A stretch of 64,000 nt of DNA from a virus (IMGVR_UViG_3300021426_003004:6973-70972), one strand, 5' to 3'; positions 26,205 to 36,622 are shown, counted from the stretch's first letter. The notes: generated by a model from the sequence alone, not told the origin. Translations and numbers: made by a program.

Positions 26205-29201
26205 TTACTGGAAAGCACCGCTGACAAAGCCACGGAACATTGTCACAGCCATGGCTTGCATGACAGCACGGTATTTTTTAGGATCGGTAAACAATGTACG
26301 GAAGGTGTCTTCGCTTTCTTTGTAGGATTGCTGTGCTACTTCACCAAAGATCTTCGGGAAGGTGCTTTCTTCAAAGATCTGCTCACCATCATGCGTTGCA
26401 GACACCTGAAGCTTTTTATTCGTTTTCATCTTTTCCATCAGGATGCCAACAAGAATGCGATCGCCTTCGGTGATGTCACCGGCAAAATTCTCGTTAAACC
26501 GTTCAATGACTTCATCAATTGGACTTTTCTGTTCTTTGCGGGGAACAGCGCTCTTTTGAGTAGCAGGTTCATATGCGCCGCCCTTGTTTTTATCGAGCGC
26601 AATGGTGCCAGAGAATGTTTCCTGAAGCTTGTAATACTCTAGCTTGACCTTGTCATCCAAATCCCATTTCTGAACCTTGTCAGGCGGGATAAGATGCAAC
26701 AGATAACTACAGAAGACGTATTCCTTATGGAGTTGCTCGTCGAACATTCTGACAATCTGCGTGATGTAGTTGTACCACTTTACCAGACTACGGAGTTGCC
26801 TGCGGAATTCATATCGTTTTTGTTCATCAAGATCATTATACCGCTGTGCGACAGGAAGCAATGCATTGGTAACCCTAGCCTGAATGACCCCACTATTCTT
26901 TTTATTCTCAGGATTAAAATTGATCTGCGTTACAGTTTCAATGTCTTCATCAGTATAGACCCCGAAGTCACGAAGTTCCTTTTGAGTCTTGTATATTAGA
27001 TCAACATTAATCTCCTGCTCGAGAATGGTCTCTGTGTAGAACTTTTGGAAAGAATCGCGGATTTCTTCATCAGTGTTTACAAAGTCCAGAACGTATGTAT
27101 CGATTTTACCTTCGCAGGTACGGTTTAGCCTACTGATGGTCTGCACAGCTTTAACGCCATGAAGCTTTTTATCAATAATCATGGTATGCAGATATCTTTC
27201 ATCAAAGCCTGTCTGGTACTTTTCTGCAACGACAAGGACGTCGCCATGATCATGGAATTGTGCTTTTGTCTGCGTATCCGAGAAACCATTCATATTGCTT
27301 TCGCTATACTTTATGCCATCTTCTTCCGAGACTTCACCAGAAAACGCAATCATAACCTGAAGGGCATCGTATTTGTTGTCTTTAATGTACTTGTTGATCG
27401 CCTGGAAATACCTGACTGCAGCAAGGCGGGAAGCAGTGACAACCATCATCTTTCCTTTTCCGTTTATGGCTTTGCTGGTAACATCACGGAATGTTTCAAC
27501 AATAATTGCTGCCTTTTGCTGGATGTTATACGGATGAAGTTCCGCATAACGCTTAATCAGTTTCATTGCCTGTGACTTGGGTACATCAGGATTGTCTTCA
27601 ATAGCTTTAGCAATTTTATAACAGGTCTTGTAGGTCGTATAGTTCTGAAGAACATCGAGGATGAACCCTTCTTCGATGGCCTGTTGCATGCTGTAGATGT
27701 GGTAGGGATAGAATTTCCCATCATCATGTTCCACTCCAAAGATCTCCAATGTTTGGTCTTTTGGAGTTGCAGTGAAAGCATAGAAACTTAGGTTTTTGTG
27801 CTTGCCTGCACTTACCAGTTCACGGACAAGAGCATCATTTTTCAGATCAAATTCGTCTTCGGTTTTCTGCTCCAATTCTGCATATTCTTTAAGTGCGTCG
27901 GTAGTGTCAGCCAATGCGACTTTTAGCTTCATTGCACTTTGCCCGGTCTGGCTGCTGTGTGCTTCATCGACAATGATGGCGAATGACTTTCCTGTTGGAT
28001 CATCAACAAGTTCGTAAATAACTGGGAACTTTTGTAGCGTTGTGACAATGATGCGACGACCGTCGTTGATTGCTTTGAGCAAGTCTTTGGAACTCTTTTT
28101 ATCGTCGATTAGCACAACGCTACCGAGAGCGTGATCGAAACCGTTGATCGTAGCCTGCAATTGTGCGTCCAGGACTTTTCTATCTGTGACAATAATCACT
28201 GAATTAAAAACTGCCTTGTTATTCTTGTCGTGCAGGCTGGCAAGACGATATGTAGTCCAGGCAATGCTGTTTGATTTACCCGAACCGGCACTGTGTTGTA
28301 TAAGATAATTATTCCCTGGGCCGTTTTCTCGCGTATCATTGATAAGCTTCGTTACAACATCCCACTGGTGATAACGAGGGAAGATGATTCTCTTTTCTTC
28401 TTTATCATAGCTGATAAACTTTTGAAAGATATCCAGTAAGCTGTCTTTATTCCAGATTTTCTTCCAGAGGTATGAGGTGACATAGTCATTTTCAGCAGGT
28501 GGGTTTCCAGCACCACCAACTTCTCCAGCACCGTTGGAACCTTGGTTGAACGGAAGGAACAGGGTGTTAGTGCCATCAAGTTTGGTGGTCATTGCTGCTT
28601 CATACAGATCAACAGCAAAATACACCAATACACGATGGTTAAACTGGAAAACAGGTTCTCTCTTATCACGGTCAATCATCCACTGCGTTTTTGCGTTATC
28701 GATGGTTTGACCTGTCAGCTGATCTTTCAGTTCAATCGCAACAACAGGAATGCCGTTAATCATTAGAACAACATCCACGCTGTTGTGATTTGTAGGATTT
28801 GAGCTGTAATGCCATTGACGGACGCAATGACAAATATTCTGATCATAGTGGATTTGTGCCAACTGGTTCAATTCGGATTCGGGCTTAAAGTAACACACTT
28901 TGAACTCTTGCCCACGATGACGAAAACCATGACGCAGAACATTTACAAGACCATCCAACTGAACTGCAGCTTCAAATGCCTGGTAAAACTTTCTCTTCGG
29001 ATCACTCTTGCAACGTTTAACAAACTGAAGCCAGGTGACTTTTTGAGTGGTTTCGACAAAATGGCAAAGGGTATCAATGTCCAGCCCCATTTCACGGCTG
29101 TTTTGAAAGCTGGAATCAGTTGCAGCTTGCCATTTGCCTTCGTGGGTTAGATATGTAACTATGTCAGTTTCAAATTGTTTTTCATTATTCGGCATAGTCA
29201 T
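26205..29201 (-). CDS. hsdR: Type I restriction enzyme R subunit
   Basis: [17 protein letters not shown] nuclease motif, HSAGSGKS Walker A, IVDEAH, FTATPK, YQTGFD. Confidence 0.95.
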   Translation of the reverse strand: MTMPNNEKQFETDIVTYLTHEGKWQAATDSSFQNSREMGLDIDTLCHFVETTQKVTWLQFVKRCKSDPKRKFYQAFEAAVQLDGLVNVLRHGFRHRGQEFKVCYFKPESELNQLAQIHYDQNICHCVRQWHYSSNPTNHNSVDVVLMINGIPVVAIELKDQLTGQTIDNAKTQWMIDRDKREPVFQFNHRVLVYFAVDLYEAAMTTKLDGTNTLFLPFNQGSNGAGEVGGAGNPPAENDYVTSYLWKKIWNKDSLLDIFQKFISYDKEEKRIIFPRYHQWDVVTKLINDTRENGPGNNYLIQHSAGSGKSNSIAWTTYRLASLHDKNNKAVFNSVIIVTDRKVLDAQLQATINGFDHALGSVVLIDDKKSSKDLLKAINDGRRIIVTTLQKFPVIYELVDDPTGKSFAIIVDEAHSSQTGQSAMKLKVALADTTDALKEYAELEQKTEDEFDLKNDALVRELVSAGKHKNLSFYAFTATPKDQTLEIFGVEHDDGKFYPYHIYSMQQAIEEGFILDVLQNYTTYKTCYKIAKAIEDNPDVPKSQAMKLIKRYAELHPYNIQQKAAIIVETFRDVTSKAINGKGKMMVVTASRLAAVRYFQAINKYIKDNKYDALQVMIAFSGEVSEEDGIKYSESNMNGFSDTQTKAQFHDHGDVLVVAEKYQTGFDERYLHTMIIDKKLHGVKAVQTISRLNRTCEGKIDTYVLDFVNTDEEIRDSFQKFYTETILEQEINVDLIYKTQKELRDFGVYTDEDIETVTQINFNPENKKNSGVIQARVTNALLPVAQRYNDLDEQKRYEFRRQLRSLVKWYNYITQIVRMFDEQLHKEYVFCSYLLHLIPPDKVQKWDLDDKVKLEYYKLQETFSGTIALDKNKGGAYEPATQKSAVPRKEQKSPIDEVIERFNENFAGDITEGDRILVGILMEKMKTNKKLQVSATHDGEQIFEESTFPKIFGEVAQQSYKESEDTFRTLFTDPKKYRAVMQAMAVTMFRGFVSGAFQ

Positions 29202-29632
29202 TCCCCCTCATATCTTATAATAAAATAGGGACTCATGCTGTGACGAGAAGCGTTGGAAAGGACAGTTCCTGAAGACCGAACAAAACATTTAGATAAAACA
29301 CCGGGATCAGCTTTTTCGAACCGGATTACTTTTAGCCAGGAACCACAGCGATTCGCTTGATTTATGTAATATGACGGGAATTCGTTGAGAGGAGGAGTGT
29401 CGCTCGATATATCTTCAATGTAAGCCCAGTATCGATTAGCTGTTCCACTGTGAATGAGAAGGACTTTTGGAGTTTCAGCGCTCAGTATCATCTCTCGAAT
29501 CGGCTTTGAAACGGAGGAACCAAATTTTCCATACCAGACATATCCATTCTGCTGTATAACGGCTTCATGAGCTTTTATTGTACCACAATCTGGAGCAAGA
29601 TTGTTTGTGAAGCGCAGTGCAATCGTGTCCAT
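29198..29632 (-). CDS. Hypothetical 144-aa protein inside the type I R-M operon (possibly PUA-like fold)
   Basis: 4-nt overlap with hsdR, 1-nt gap to hsdS; aromatic motif [17 protein letters not shown]. Confidence 0.7.
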   Translation of the reverse strand: MDTIALRFTNNLAPDCGTIKAHEAVIQQNGYVWYGKFGSSVSKPIREMILSAETPKVLLIHSGTANRYWAYIEDISSDTPPLNEFPSYYINQANRCGSWLKVIRFEKADPGVLSKCFVRSSGTVLSNASRHSMSPYFIIRYEGE

Positions 29633-29633
29633 C

Positions 29634-30914
29634 CTAAAACACCTCCTTCTTCCCAGTTATGGTTTCATATATTAATGAGTTTTTGTAGGTCTCCAAATCA
29701 GACAGTAAGCTTTCTTTCTGAGCGATAGACCAATCAATCTCTTTTGTTTTTGCATCAAGGAACTCAACAATCCTGTTTTGACTTGCCAAGTCCGGTTGAA
29801 TAATGATAAAGGAACTCATTTTTTCTTGCGACATGGTTGGAATGGTTCCTCCTGTCACAATACCATCTACCTGACGTTTCAGGAACGGAGTTTGCATATA
29901 ATAGCAGAAGTATTTATGGTTCATAGTAATGTTTTTAAACACAACAAGCTGAGGATTCAAAGTAGCAGCGGTTGGAAGTTCATCAATATAAGCAGTTTTT
30001 CCGTAGGAAGCTCCCGTTTTTACCATGATTACGTCCCCAACGGATAACATTATTTCCGGGCTTTCGTTATACTTATCCCATGAGATATATGTGCACTTTT
30101 TCAGATCGAGTTTGCCATCTTTCATGTTCGACGGGCTAAGAGATATTGCACCATTTCCTTTTTCTACTATGTCAGCAGTAGTGTATCCCCTAAAACCAAT
30201 GCGTCCAAATATTTGAGCAACATATTTGATCTTTGATATCGAAAAACCGGATGGTAATTTCCCTATCCAAGAGATATTACAATCTTCAAAAGCTGTAGCT
30301 TGATCAACGCCGTTTTTTACTGCAGTAGTAATCACGGACAACTTCAGTTTTTTATAATCCTCAATACTTTCCCTTGTTTCCTGAATTAATGCATCTATTT
30401 CTTTACAGGTCTTATCTAAATATTCATTAATGGAACTCAGCCGGTCATAAGGCGGGATAGCAATTTTTATAGGCTTTATTTCATCATAAGTTAAACCTTG
30501 ACGGACTCCAGCCCCCATGCCATAAAAACCTTTTTTGATATCAAATGCATGAAGAGCATAGTAAAGGAATTTAGATAAGGAATCGTTTGGCCTAATAGTC
30601 GTATATGCTGAAGTGATAATCCCTCTTTCAGTTGCCAAACCAACGCGTAGACTCGTATGATCATTTTGCAAATCCGTTAAACGCAGAACTATATCGCCTG
30701 ATTCTATTATATTATATCCATCGAATGAAGCAGGTAGAAGACCGTTGTTTGTTTCAATATCCTTTCTCTTTATTTTTCCGTAGCTCAAGGAGAGTAAATT
30801 AGTTTCAAGGAGGTCTTTATTCTTGTTCTTGACCTGACTTGCGACTTGTGACAGGGATTTTATTTGCCAGTCATCCGGGATGCTGCAAATCCACGGCACA
30901 TAAGAATCTTTCAT
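29634..30914 (-). CDS. hsdS: Type I R-M specificity subunit (two TRDs)
   Basis: IPDDWQ, GAGVRQGL, IPP conserved spacer, second TRD GGTIPTM..P..Q..IVEFLD. Confidence 0.93.
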   Translation of the reverse strand: MKDSYVPWICSIPDDWQIKSLSQVASQVKNKNKDLLETNLLSLSYGKIKRKDIETNNGLLPASFDGYNIIESGDIVLRLTDLQNDHTSLRVGLATERGIITSAYTTIRPNDSLSKFLYYALHAFDIKKGFYGMGAGVRQGLTYDEIKPIKIAIPPYDRLSSINEYLDKTCKEIDALIQETRESIEDYKKLKLSVITTAVKNGVDQATAFEDCNISWIGKLPSGFSISKIKYVAQIFGRIGFRGYTTADIVEKGNGAISLSPSNMKDGKLDLKKCTYISWDKYNESPEIMLSVGDVIMVKTGASYGKTAYIDELPTAATLNPQLVVFKNITMNHKYFCYYMQTPFLKRQVDGIVTGGTIPTMSQEKMSSFIIIQPDLASQNRIVEFLDAKTKEIDWSIAQKESLLSDLETYKNSLIYETITGKKEVF

Positions 30915-32704
30915 TAGGCATTTCCTCCAAAGAGACGATTTAATGAATCTAACAGAGCTTTTTCTCTACTTATAATCCTGGAGGTAATAGATTCAACATC
31001 TTCAAGTTCTTGATATTCGTAGAAAATTCTTGTAAAAGGTATTTCGTATCCTTCTTTTGTTTTTGTTTTATCAACCCAAGCTTCAGGATTGTATGGCTTA
31101 ATTTCTCTTTCGAAATATTCATCTAGATCATCATCGAGAGGAACATTTTCAGTGCTTCGTTTTGAAGCATCAGGCACGGGTTGTCCTTTTTTCAGAACTT
31201 TTTTTCCATCTTCGTCTTTTAACGGCGTTTCTATTGTTATTTTTGAATACCCCAGTGAATAGCTGTCAAGAAGCCTTGCCTTTACACATACTTTATTTCC
31301 GCTTTCAGTAGTGCCGTTATACTCCTTGCTACAATATTCACCGTATGCTTTAACTATTAGTTCTCTACATTTATCGGAAATCTTTACTCGTTTATTTCCT
31401 ATATTTTTTCTTAGTGTTTCACTACAACTGCTGGCATCGATCAACAAAACCTTGCCAGGAGAACGAGTGGGCTTACTCTTATCAACAATCCAGATATATG
31501 TTGCAATGGCTGTATTGTAGAAACTGTCGTTCGGGAGCTGAACTATTGCATCAAGCCAATCACGCTCAATGATGTATTTCCTTATTTCACTTTGACCACT
31601 GCCTGCGTCACCAGAGAACAATGAAGATCCATTTTGAATAATTGCCATCTTGCCTGATTGCGACTTGAGTTTAGCAATGCCATTTAGCAGGAAGAGCATC
31701 TGCCCATCACTCTTTGGCGGAAGGCCGGGCTCAAATCTACCTTCGGGGCCTTTTTTATACTCGCTTTCAACTTCTTCCGCTTCTCTTTTCCAATCAATAC
31801 CGAATGGCGGATTGCTAATAACATAATCGAACTGATAGCCTTTAAACTGATCAGCAGAAAGGGTGTCTCCAAATTTCATGTTATCAGGATCACCACCATG
31901 GATCATAGTATCTGCAACAGCGATGCCCATGGTAAAAGGATTGATTTCTTGACCAAAGGTTTGAACATCAGCATTTTCATCTAGTAGACGTAGACGTTCC
32001 TCCATACAGGTGAGCATCTGACTGGTACCCATCGTCATATCATAGACGGTGCAATGGATGCCTTCTCCTTTGTCTTCCATGCCTCCGTTAGTCAGAAGGA
32101 GATCGCACATCAAATATATAATATCGCGGCTGGTAAAATGAGCTCCTGCTTCTTCGTTATATGATTCAGAAAAACGCTGAACCAGATTTTCAAAAATGTA
32201 TCCCATATCCACAGTGGAGATTCTATCGGGCCCCATGTTCAGATTCTCCGCACAGAAGTCTACAATTACCTGATAAAGGCATCCAGCTTCTACCATGCGA
32301 TCAATCTGCTGATAAAAATTCATCCGGGATAGGATTTGTTGAACGTTCTGGGAAAAGCCTGCCAAATAATCGCGGAAATTGTCCTCAATGTTCTCGGGGT
32401 CAGACAGAAGGGTCGGGAAAGTAAACTTACTGGTATTGTAGAACTGATAACCAGCAGCTTCCTTCAAGAATCCATCTTTTAGATCGCCGAACCCCTTATA
32501 TTTTTCATTGGCGGTGAGAATGGCTTCATGCTTAGGGAGCAGACAGTCGTGAAACCGCTTAATAACGCACATGGGCAGAATGACCAGACCGTATTCATGC
32601 GGTTTAAATGCTCCAAAAAGAGAGTTTGCAGCATTCCAGATTAGATTTGCGTTTTCTTGGGCGCGAAGCCCGACCTCGTTGATTCTTTCTTCACTGGTTG
32701 ACAT
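30914..32704 (-). CDS. hsdM: Type I R-M N6-adenine methyltransferase subunit
   Basis: YDMTMGT motif I variant, SNPPFG motif IV, GAHFTSRDII; start at ATG 32704 behind GGAGGAG. Confidence 0.95.
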   Translation of the reverse strand: MSTSEERINEVGLRAQENANLIWNAANSLFGAFKPHEYGLVILPMCVIKRFHDCLLPKHEAILTANEKYKGFGDLKDGFLKEAAGYQFYNTSKFTFPTLLSDPENIEDNFRDYLAGFSQNVQQILSRMNFYQQIDRMVEAGCLYQVIVDFCAENLNMGPDRISTVDMGYIFENLVQRFSESYNEEAGAHFTSRDIIYLMCDLLLTNGGMEDKGEGIHCTVYDMTMGTSQMLTCMEERLRLLDENADVQTFGQEINPFTMGIAVADTMIHGGDPDNMKFGDTLSADQFKGYQFDYVISNPPFGIDWKREAEEVESEYKKGPEGRFEPGLPPKSDGQMLFLLNGIAKLKSQSGKMAIIQNGSSLFSGDAGSGQSEIRKYIIERDWLDAIVQLPNDSFYNTAIATYIWIVDKSKPTRSPGKVLLIDASSCSETLRKNIGNKRVKISDKCRELIVKAYGEYCSKEYNGTTESGNKVCVKARLLDSYSLGYSKITIETPLKDEDGKKVLKKGQPVPDASKRSTENVPLDDDLDEYFEREIKPYNPEAWVDKTKTKEGYEIPFTRIFYEYQELEDVESITSRIISREKALLDSLNRLFGGNA

Positions 32705-34070
32705 TTCTGTGTCTCCTCCTATTATATGTTCTCGGTTTGATGTTGTGCAGGACGGCGAGATTTTCATTAACCTGCCTTAAACTAATGTTCTCCATCAGTT
32801 TCTCACCGTCATCTTGTTCCTGATCAAAATTGGCGAACAGTATACGTGCTCGCAACACTTCTGGTTGTGATCCGTCAAAAGTCTCGATCAGCTGGTTGAA
32901 AGCCCCAACCTCTTGATATAGGGATGATGGCAACTCATCCTGATGAAGTCTTCCGGCGACAAGGTAGTCTTTGAAATAGAGAACACACTCTTCTGTAGGC
33001 CTCAATATTTTTTCGCTTTCCGCAGGGATTAGCTGTGCCCAATTGAACAAGTCGGAGTAGTCCCAATCCCGGTCAATCAGGTATCCCAGAGACTGAACAT
33101 GATCAAATGCGTCCTGTAATGGTTGCCGTTTCCGAAGGAAGGAATCAACCCACTGCTTGTCACGTTCTGCGGCAGGGAAAGCTATAGGTGCTTGATGCAG
33201 CATCTTTCTCTCCCGGCTTGTCAGATTGTGATAGTTTGTCGTTATGAAGTCGCGGTAGTCAGTCAGTGCTGATTCGTATAAAAACCATCCAGGTACGTAT
33301 ACCTGCTTTTCCGGATAGTATGCCTTCAGTATTTCAGCGACTAACTGGCTACAGGAAATAACAAAAGAAGAAATTTTGTCTCGGTCATACTTCGATAAAG
33401 ATTCTACGATTGCGTCAGTCCCGACTTGCGCAACGACATCCAGGACCTTCGCTTCTGTGTTATCACAGTCAAGCAGGATAGTGAAAACCTGTTTTTGTGT
33501 ACTGGAAATGAAAATGCCGATGACGGACGGTGTGTGCAGAGTACCGTTGGATTCAATGTTATACTTCGCGTTCTTACTTTCATACCAGCTACGAAATGTA
33601 TTTCCCAGTGCCTGTGCTGTCACAGAAAACGGTATCCGTTCAGAAAGCCGACGATAAGACATATTCATGACCGATACAGCTACGGCATCATAGAACCGAT
33701 AGGTTCCTTTTGAGCTAGTATCAGCAAAGGTGATCGGCGGTGTGAATACATGCCTGCATTCCGGATTGGTGCAGCGGTACTTGCTGAATACGAAGGTTAG
33801 TTCGTCAAAGATATATTTCGCATCACCCAGAGGGATCGCATCATTATATATGTGCGTTTTTGATTCTTTGCGTTCGATATTCTTCTGATGACAGAGGGGG
33901 CACTCATTCGGTTCAACCGCCAGGCATGCAACAAAGTGGTTCTCGTCGCCGGTTCCGGATGCTACCCGCAGTTCGGGGAGACGAAGCTCCTGAGTGCGAG
34001 CGTCGTCAAACTGGTCAATCTTGCGCTTTCTACCCAACAGCCTCACCGCCTTTCCCTCTGCGGGGTGCAA
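32691..34070 (-). CDS. ISL3-family transposase homologue with Zn finger and HTH kept but DDE residues lost
   Basis: CPLC..C..C; IGIFI in place of IxxDE, VISC in place of xDM, YPEKQVYVPGWF in place of FPxAxIxxDxFH, terminal RARI; ORF unbroken; stop overlaps hsdM start. Confidence 0.7.
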   Translation of the reverse strand: MHPAEGKAVRLLGRKRKIDQFDDARTQELRLPELRVASGTGDENHFVACLAVEPNECPLCHQKNIERKESKTHIYNDAIPLGDAKYIFDELTFVFSKYRCTNPECRHVFTPPITFADTSSKGTYRFYDAVAVSVMNMSYRRLSERIPFSVTAQALGNTFRSWYESKNAKYNIESNGTLHTPSVIGIFISSTQKQVFTILLDCDNTEAKVLDVVAQVGTDAIVESLSKYDRDKISSFVISCSQLVAEILKAYYPEKQVYVPGWFLYESALTDYRDFITTNYHNLTSRERKMLHQAPIAFPAAERDKQWVDSFLRKRQPLQDAFDHVQSLGYLIDRDWDYSDLFNWAQLIPAESEKILRPTEECVLYFKDYLVAGRLHQDELPSSLYQEVGAFNQLIETFDGSQPEVLRARILFANFDQEQDDGEKLMENISLRQVNENLAVLHNIKPRTYNRRRHRNVNQ

Positions 34071-34087
34071 GTCTATCGTGTGATTGT

Positions 34088-34116
34088 AGTATACAGAAAA
34101 AAAGAGGGCCTGTCCA
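34088..34116 (-). promoter_or_regulatory. SigmaA-like promoter for the ISL3-like/hsdMS-X-R/GIY-YIG operon
   Basis: Minus strand TGGACA, 17-nt spacer, TATACT. Confidence 0.6.
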
Positions 34117-34288
34117 TCGTTTCCCCCTGCTTATTTTACAGATAACGCAAATTTGTTATTTTGTTTTTAATATCCCCCTACAATCTTTACAGATAATAAC
34201 AAGGTTAATCATAAACGCCGTGGTATAATATTAGTGTCGCAAGGTGATTATACCAAATTTATGGCGACGAAGAAAGGATTCAGAGCCT

Positions 34289-34492
34289 ATGAAAGAAAAC
34301 GATGTCCGTCCCACCACCTACAAGTGCCCGCTGGCAGACAAGTGCACACTGAAGAAGCACTGCCACATTCTGAAGACGGCGGCACCTCTGACAGAACCAG
34401 TTCCGGTCCTGTTCCTCTGTCCGGAGGCAGGAAAGGACGAGAACGGAAAGAAGCGTGAGAGGGTCATTGTAGTGGGCGGTAAGGCCGCCTGA
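34289..34492 (+). CDS. Small Cys/His-rich hypothetical protein
   Basis: MKENDVRPTTYKCPLADKCTLKKHCH..LCP; RBS AAAGGA. Confidence 0.5.
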   Translation: MKENDVRPTTYKCPLADKCTLKKHCHILKTAAPLTEPVPVLFLCPEAGKDENGKKRERVIVVGGKAA

Positions 34493-34811
34493 TCGTAGGT
34501 TCCGATACCCCGTTGAGTTGCTCGCAGGAAAGCCACTTGGATGCGCTAAGCTGCAGAACCCATCGACAGGACAGAAAGTCCGGTGATGTGTCTGCAGTAC
34601 ATCCAAGTGGCTTTTCTTGTCTCCGGAAGAAATTTTTTCCGGCTGGAGGTTCAATTTCGGGGTCATTTTTTGCTTCTACCTTATGGGGGGGAGCTTTTCG
34701 GAAAGGAGGGGTTGTGTTCATCGGCTTTCAGTAGGGGGATTTCTTTTCTGTCCTTTCAGTAGGAGTGAAGTTCTCCTGAGTCACTGTTTCCCTTGTACCG
34801 TCACGATCTAA

Positions 34812-35012
34812 CCGGTCGCTCCGGCGACGATCTGACGGGAAGACCCATCACCCAGCGCAGGGGATGGTTGGTCGGACCTGAAGCAGTCCGGTTGGCTCCC
34901 GGATGACTACCACTTCAGGGAAGACCAAAAAGCGCCAGTGAGTAGTCCGCTGGCCACACCACACAGACGGAGTGATCCGTGGGTGGGTGGCCACTGAGTG
35001 GATTGCTGGCCC
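34812..35012 (+). ncRNA. Candidate structured RNA upstream of the sigma-like gene
   Basis: Run of hairpins including ACGGA-GTGA-TCCGT (GNRA loop) nested in GGCCAC..GTGGCC and closed by GCCAGT..GCTGGC with G-U pairs on the + strand. Confidence 0.45.
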
Positions 35013-35062
35013 ACGAGATCTACTCCGTCTCAGAAAAATCTGAGATTAAGGAGTAGACCTTC

Positions 35063-35752
35063 ATGAAAATTAACGAAAATTATATCGTATTCCCCGACGG
35101 AACAGATGAATCCGCAAACTTTCGCGGTGAAACTTTCACTACTGACAGCGGCGAAACCATGTATTTCGCACCGCTCAGAGTTCAGACAGACGATGACCTG
35201 AAGGCCTTCGGTGTTGGAAAGGAAGCCCGCTGGACGCTGCCTTTCGGAAAAAGCTCGGTGAAATACAAGGTTCTGTATTTCCTGACGCCGAGAGAGGAGC
35301 TGGCTGAGGAATTTTGGGAAAAAATCAACACCCAGCATTCGAAGGACAATCGGAAGCGCAGGTGTATGATTCCCGGAAAGCTGAAGCCGCTGATCGTTTG
35401 CCCGGACTGCAATTCATGTGCCCACTGTCCGTATCCGGAATACAGGGACAAGCACGAAGCCCGGGAGATCAGCTACAACGACAAGCTCAACGCCCAGAAG
35501 ATCACACCCAGAGAAAGCCCGGAAATCCGGAAGCTGGAACTGACGTGGATGATCCAAGGCGCTTGCCGGAAGATGGATGAGCAGAATCCGCTGTTTGCGA
35601 AGGCGATCATCCTGAAGGAGTACAACGGTTATACGGTTCCTGAAATTGCCCAGATGCTTCACTGCACCGAATACGACGTTCGGTATTACTTGCGTCGGGC
35701 GGTGGAAATCGGGAAAGAATTCAAGCGGGAGTACTACCGTCGGGACGATTAA
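35063..35752 (+). CDS. Sigma-70 region 4-like transcription factor with Cys4 motif
   Basis: RCMIPG..CPDCNSCAHC; C-terminal GYTVPEIAQMLHCTEYDVRYYLRRA HTH. Confidence 0.75.
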   Translation: MKINENYIVFPDGTDESANFRGETFTTDSGETMYFAPLRVQTDDDLKAFGVGKEARWTLPFGKSSVKYKVLYFLTPREELAEEFWEKINTQHSKDNRKRRCMIPGKLKPLIVCPDCNSCAHCPYPEYRDKHEAREISYNDKLNAQKITPRESPEIRKLELTWMIQGACRKMDEQNPLFAKAIILKEYNGYTVPEIAQMLHCTEYDVRYYLRRAVEIGKEFKREYYRRDD

Positions 35753-35760
35753 TCAAAACG

Positions 35761-35793
35761 GCGGCACCGGAGCCATACGCTCTGGTGCCGCCA
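35761..35793. terminator. Hairpin between convergent genes
   Basis: GGCGGCACCGGAGC-cata-CGCTCTGGTGCCGCC. Confidence 0.65.
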
Positions 35794-35807
35794 GTAACAG
35801 CGATTTA

Positions 35808-36356
35808 TTATTTCAGCTTCAGTCCGTCTTTGAAGGCGTTTCCGACGATTTCCCCAACAACCCGATATGCATTGAAGGACGGATCAAAGATAATCGGTTT
35901 CAGTTTGCCCAGATCTACTTTCCCGTCTGTCAGAATGCTTTCATCCGCCTGCGACGCGACGATTTCTCCGATGACGTACCCGGTTTCAGGGTCCCAGGAC
36001 TTGACTTTGCACTCCAGTGTCAAAGGATACTCCTCGATGATCGGTGCGTTCACGTGCTGGCTCTTGTGGACATGGCACCCAGCTTTTTCAATTTTGTTTA
36101 CCTTTTTGCCGGTCTCTACACCGAAGTAGTCGGAAATCAGCATGGTATCTACTGTGCCATAGGCAACAGTGAAAGCGCCGGTCTTCTCAAAGTTATCGGT
36201 AGTCTTATGCTTGCTCAACATTATAGTGATTTCATTCATGTCGCTCTGCATGGCCCATGCAGCGTTCATGGCATTCGGTACGCCGTTCTCATCATATGTG
36301 CCGATAATGAATACGGCTTCCGGAGTGATGACTGACTTGTTTCCTGCGAATTCCAT
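35808..36356 (-). CDS. Flavin reductase-like FMN-binding protein
   Basis: PEAVFIIGTYDENGVPNAMNAAW, HKTTDN, APIIEEYPLTLECKV, GEIV. Confidence 0.9.
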   Translation of the reverse strand: MEFAGNKSVITPEAVFIIGTYDENGVPNAMNAAWAMQSDMNEITIMLSKHKTTDNFEKTGAFTVAYGTVDTMLISDYFGVETGKKVNKIEKAGCHVHKSQHVNAPIIEEYPLTLECKVKSWDPETGYVIGEIVASQADESILTDGKVDLGKLKPIIFDPSFNAYRVVGEIVGNAFKDGLKLK

Positions 36357-36622
36357 AAGGTGTAACCTCCTTCTGTCATGCGAGCCTGAGCTCGTCCAGG
36401 GTGTAGCGGATCACTTCGTCAACGGAATCCTCCTCATCCTGCGCTGTCAGCTTGGAGAGCCAAGGATGGGATTCCTCCCATGTGGGTTCTGTTGCTGCGG
36501 GGGTGGTTGTCTCCTCATTCATTGGTCGTTTGGCTCCTTCTGTGCTGGTCTAAACCGCTACAGATTGTAGCCGCCAACGGGAGAAAATACAATATCCATT
36601 TTGGTTCTTTTGCTGTCTGTTT

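Noticed and set aside
29634-30914. Phase-variable hsdS shufflon
   Set aside because: Only one hsdS; no silent TRD copies, flanking inverted repeats or simple-sequence tracts seen.
32691-34070. Active ISL3 insertion sequence
   Set aside because: Catalytic acidic residues appear substituted and no terminal inverted repeats or target duplication were found; reported instead as a domesticated homologue.
34136-34196. TTTACAGATAA direct repeat at 50-bp spacing
   Set aside because: Only two copies in an AT-rich intergenic region; could be operators, but support is insufficient.
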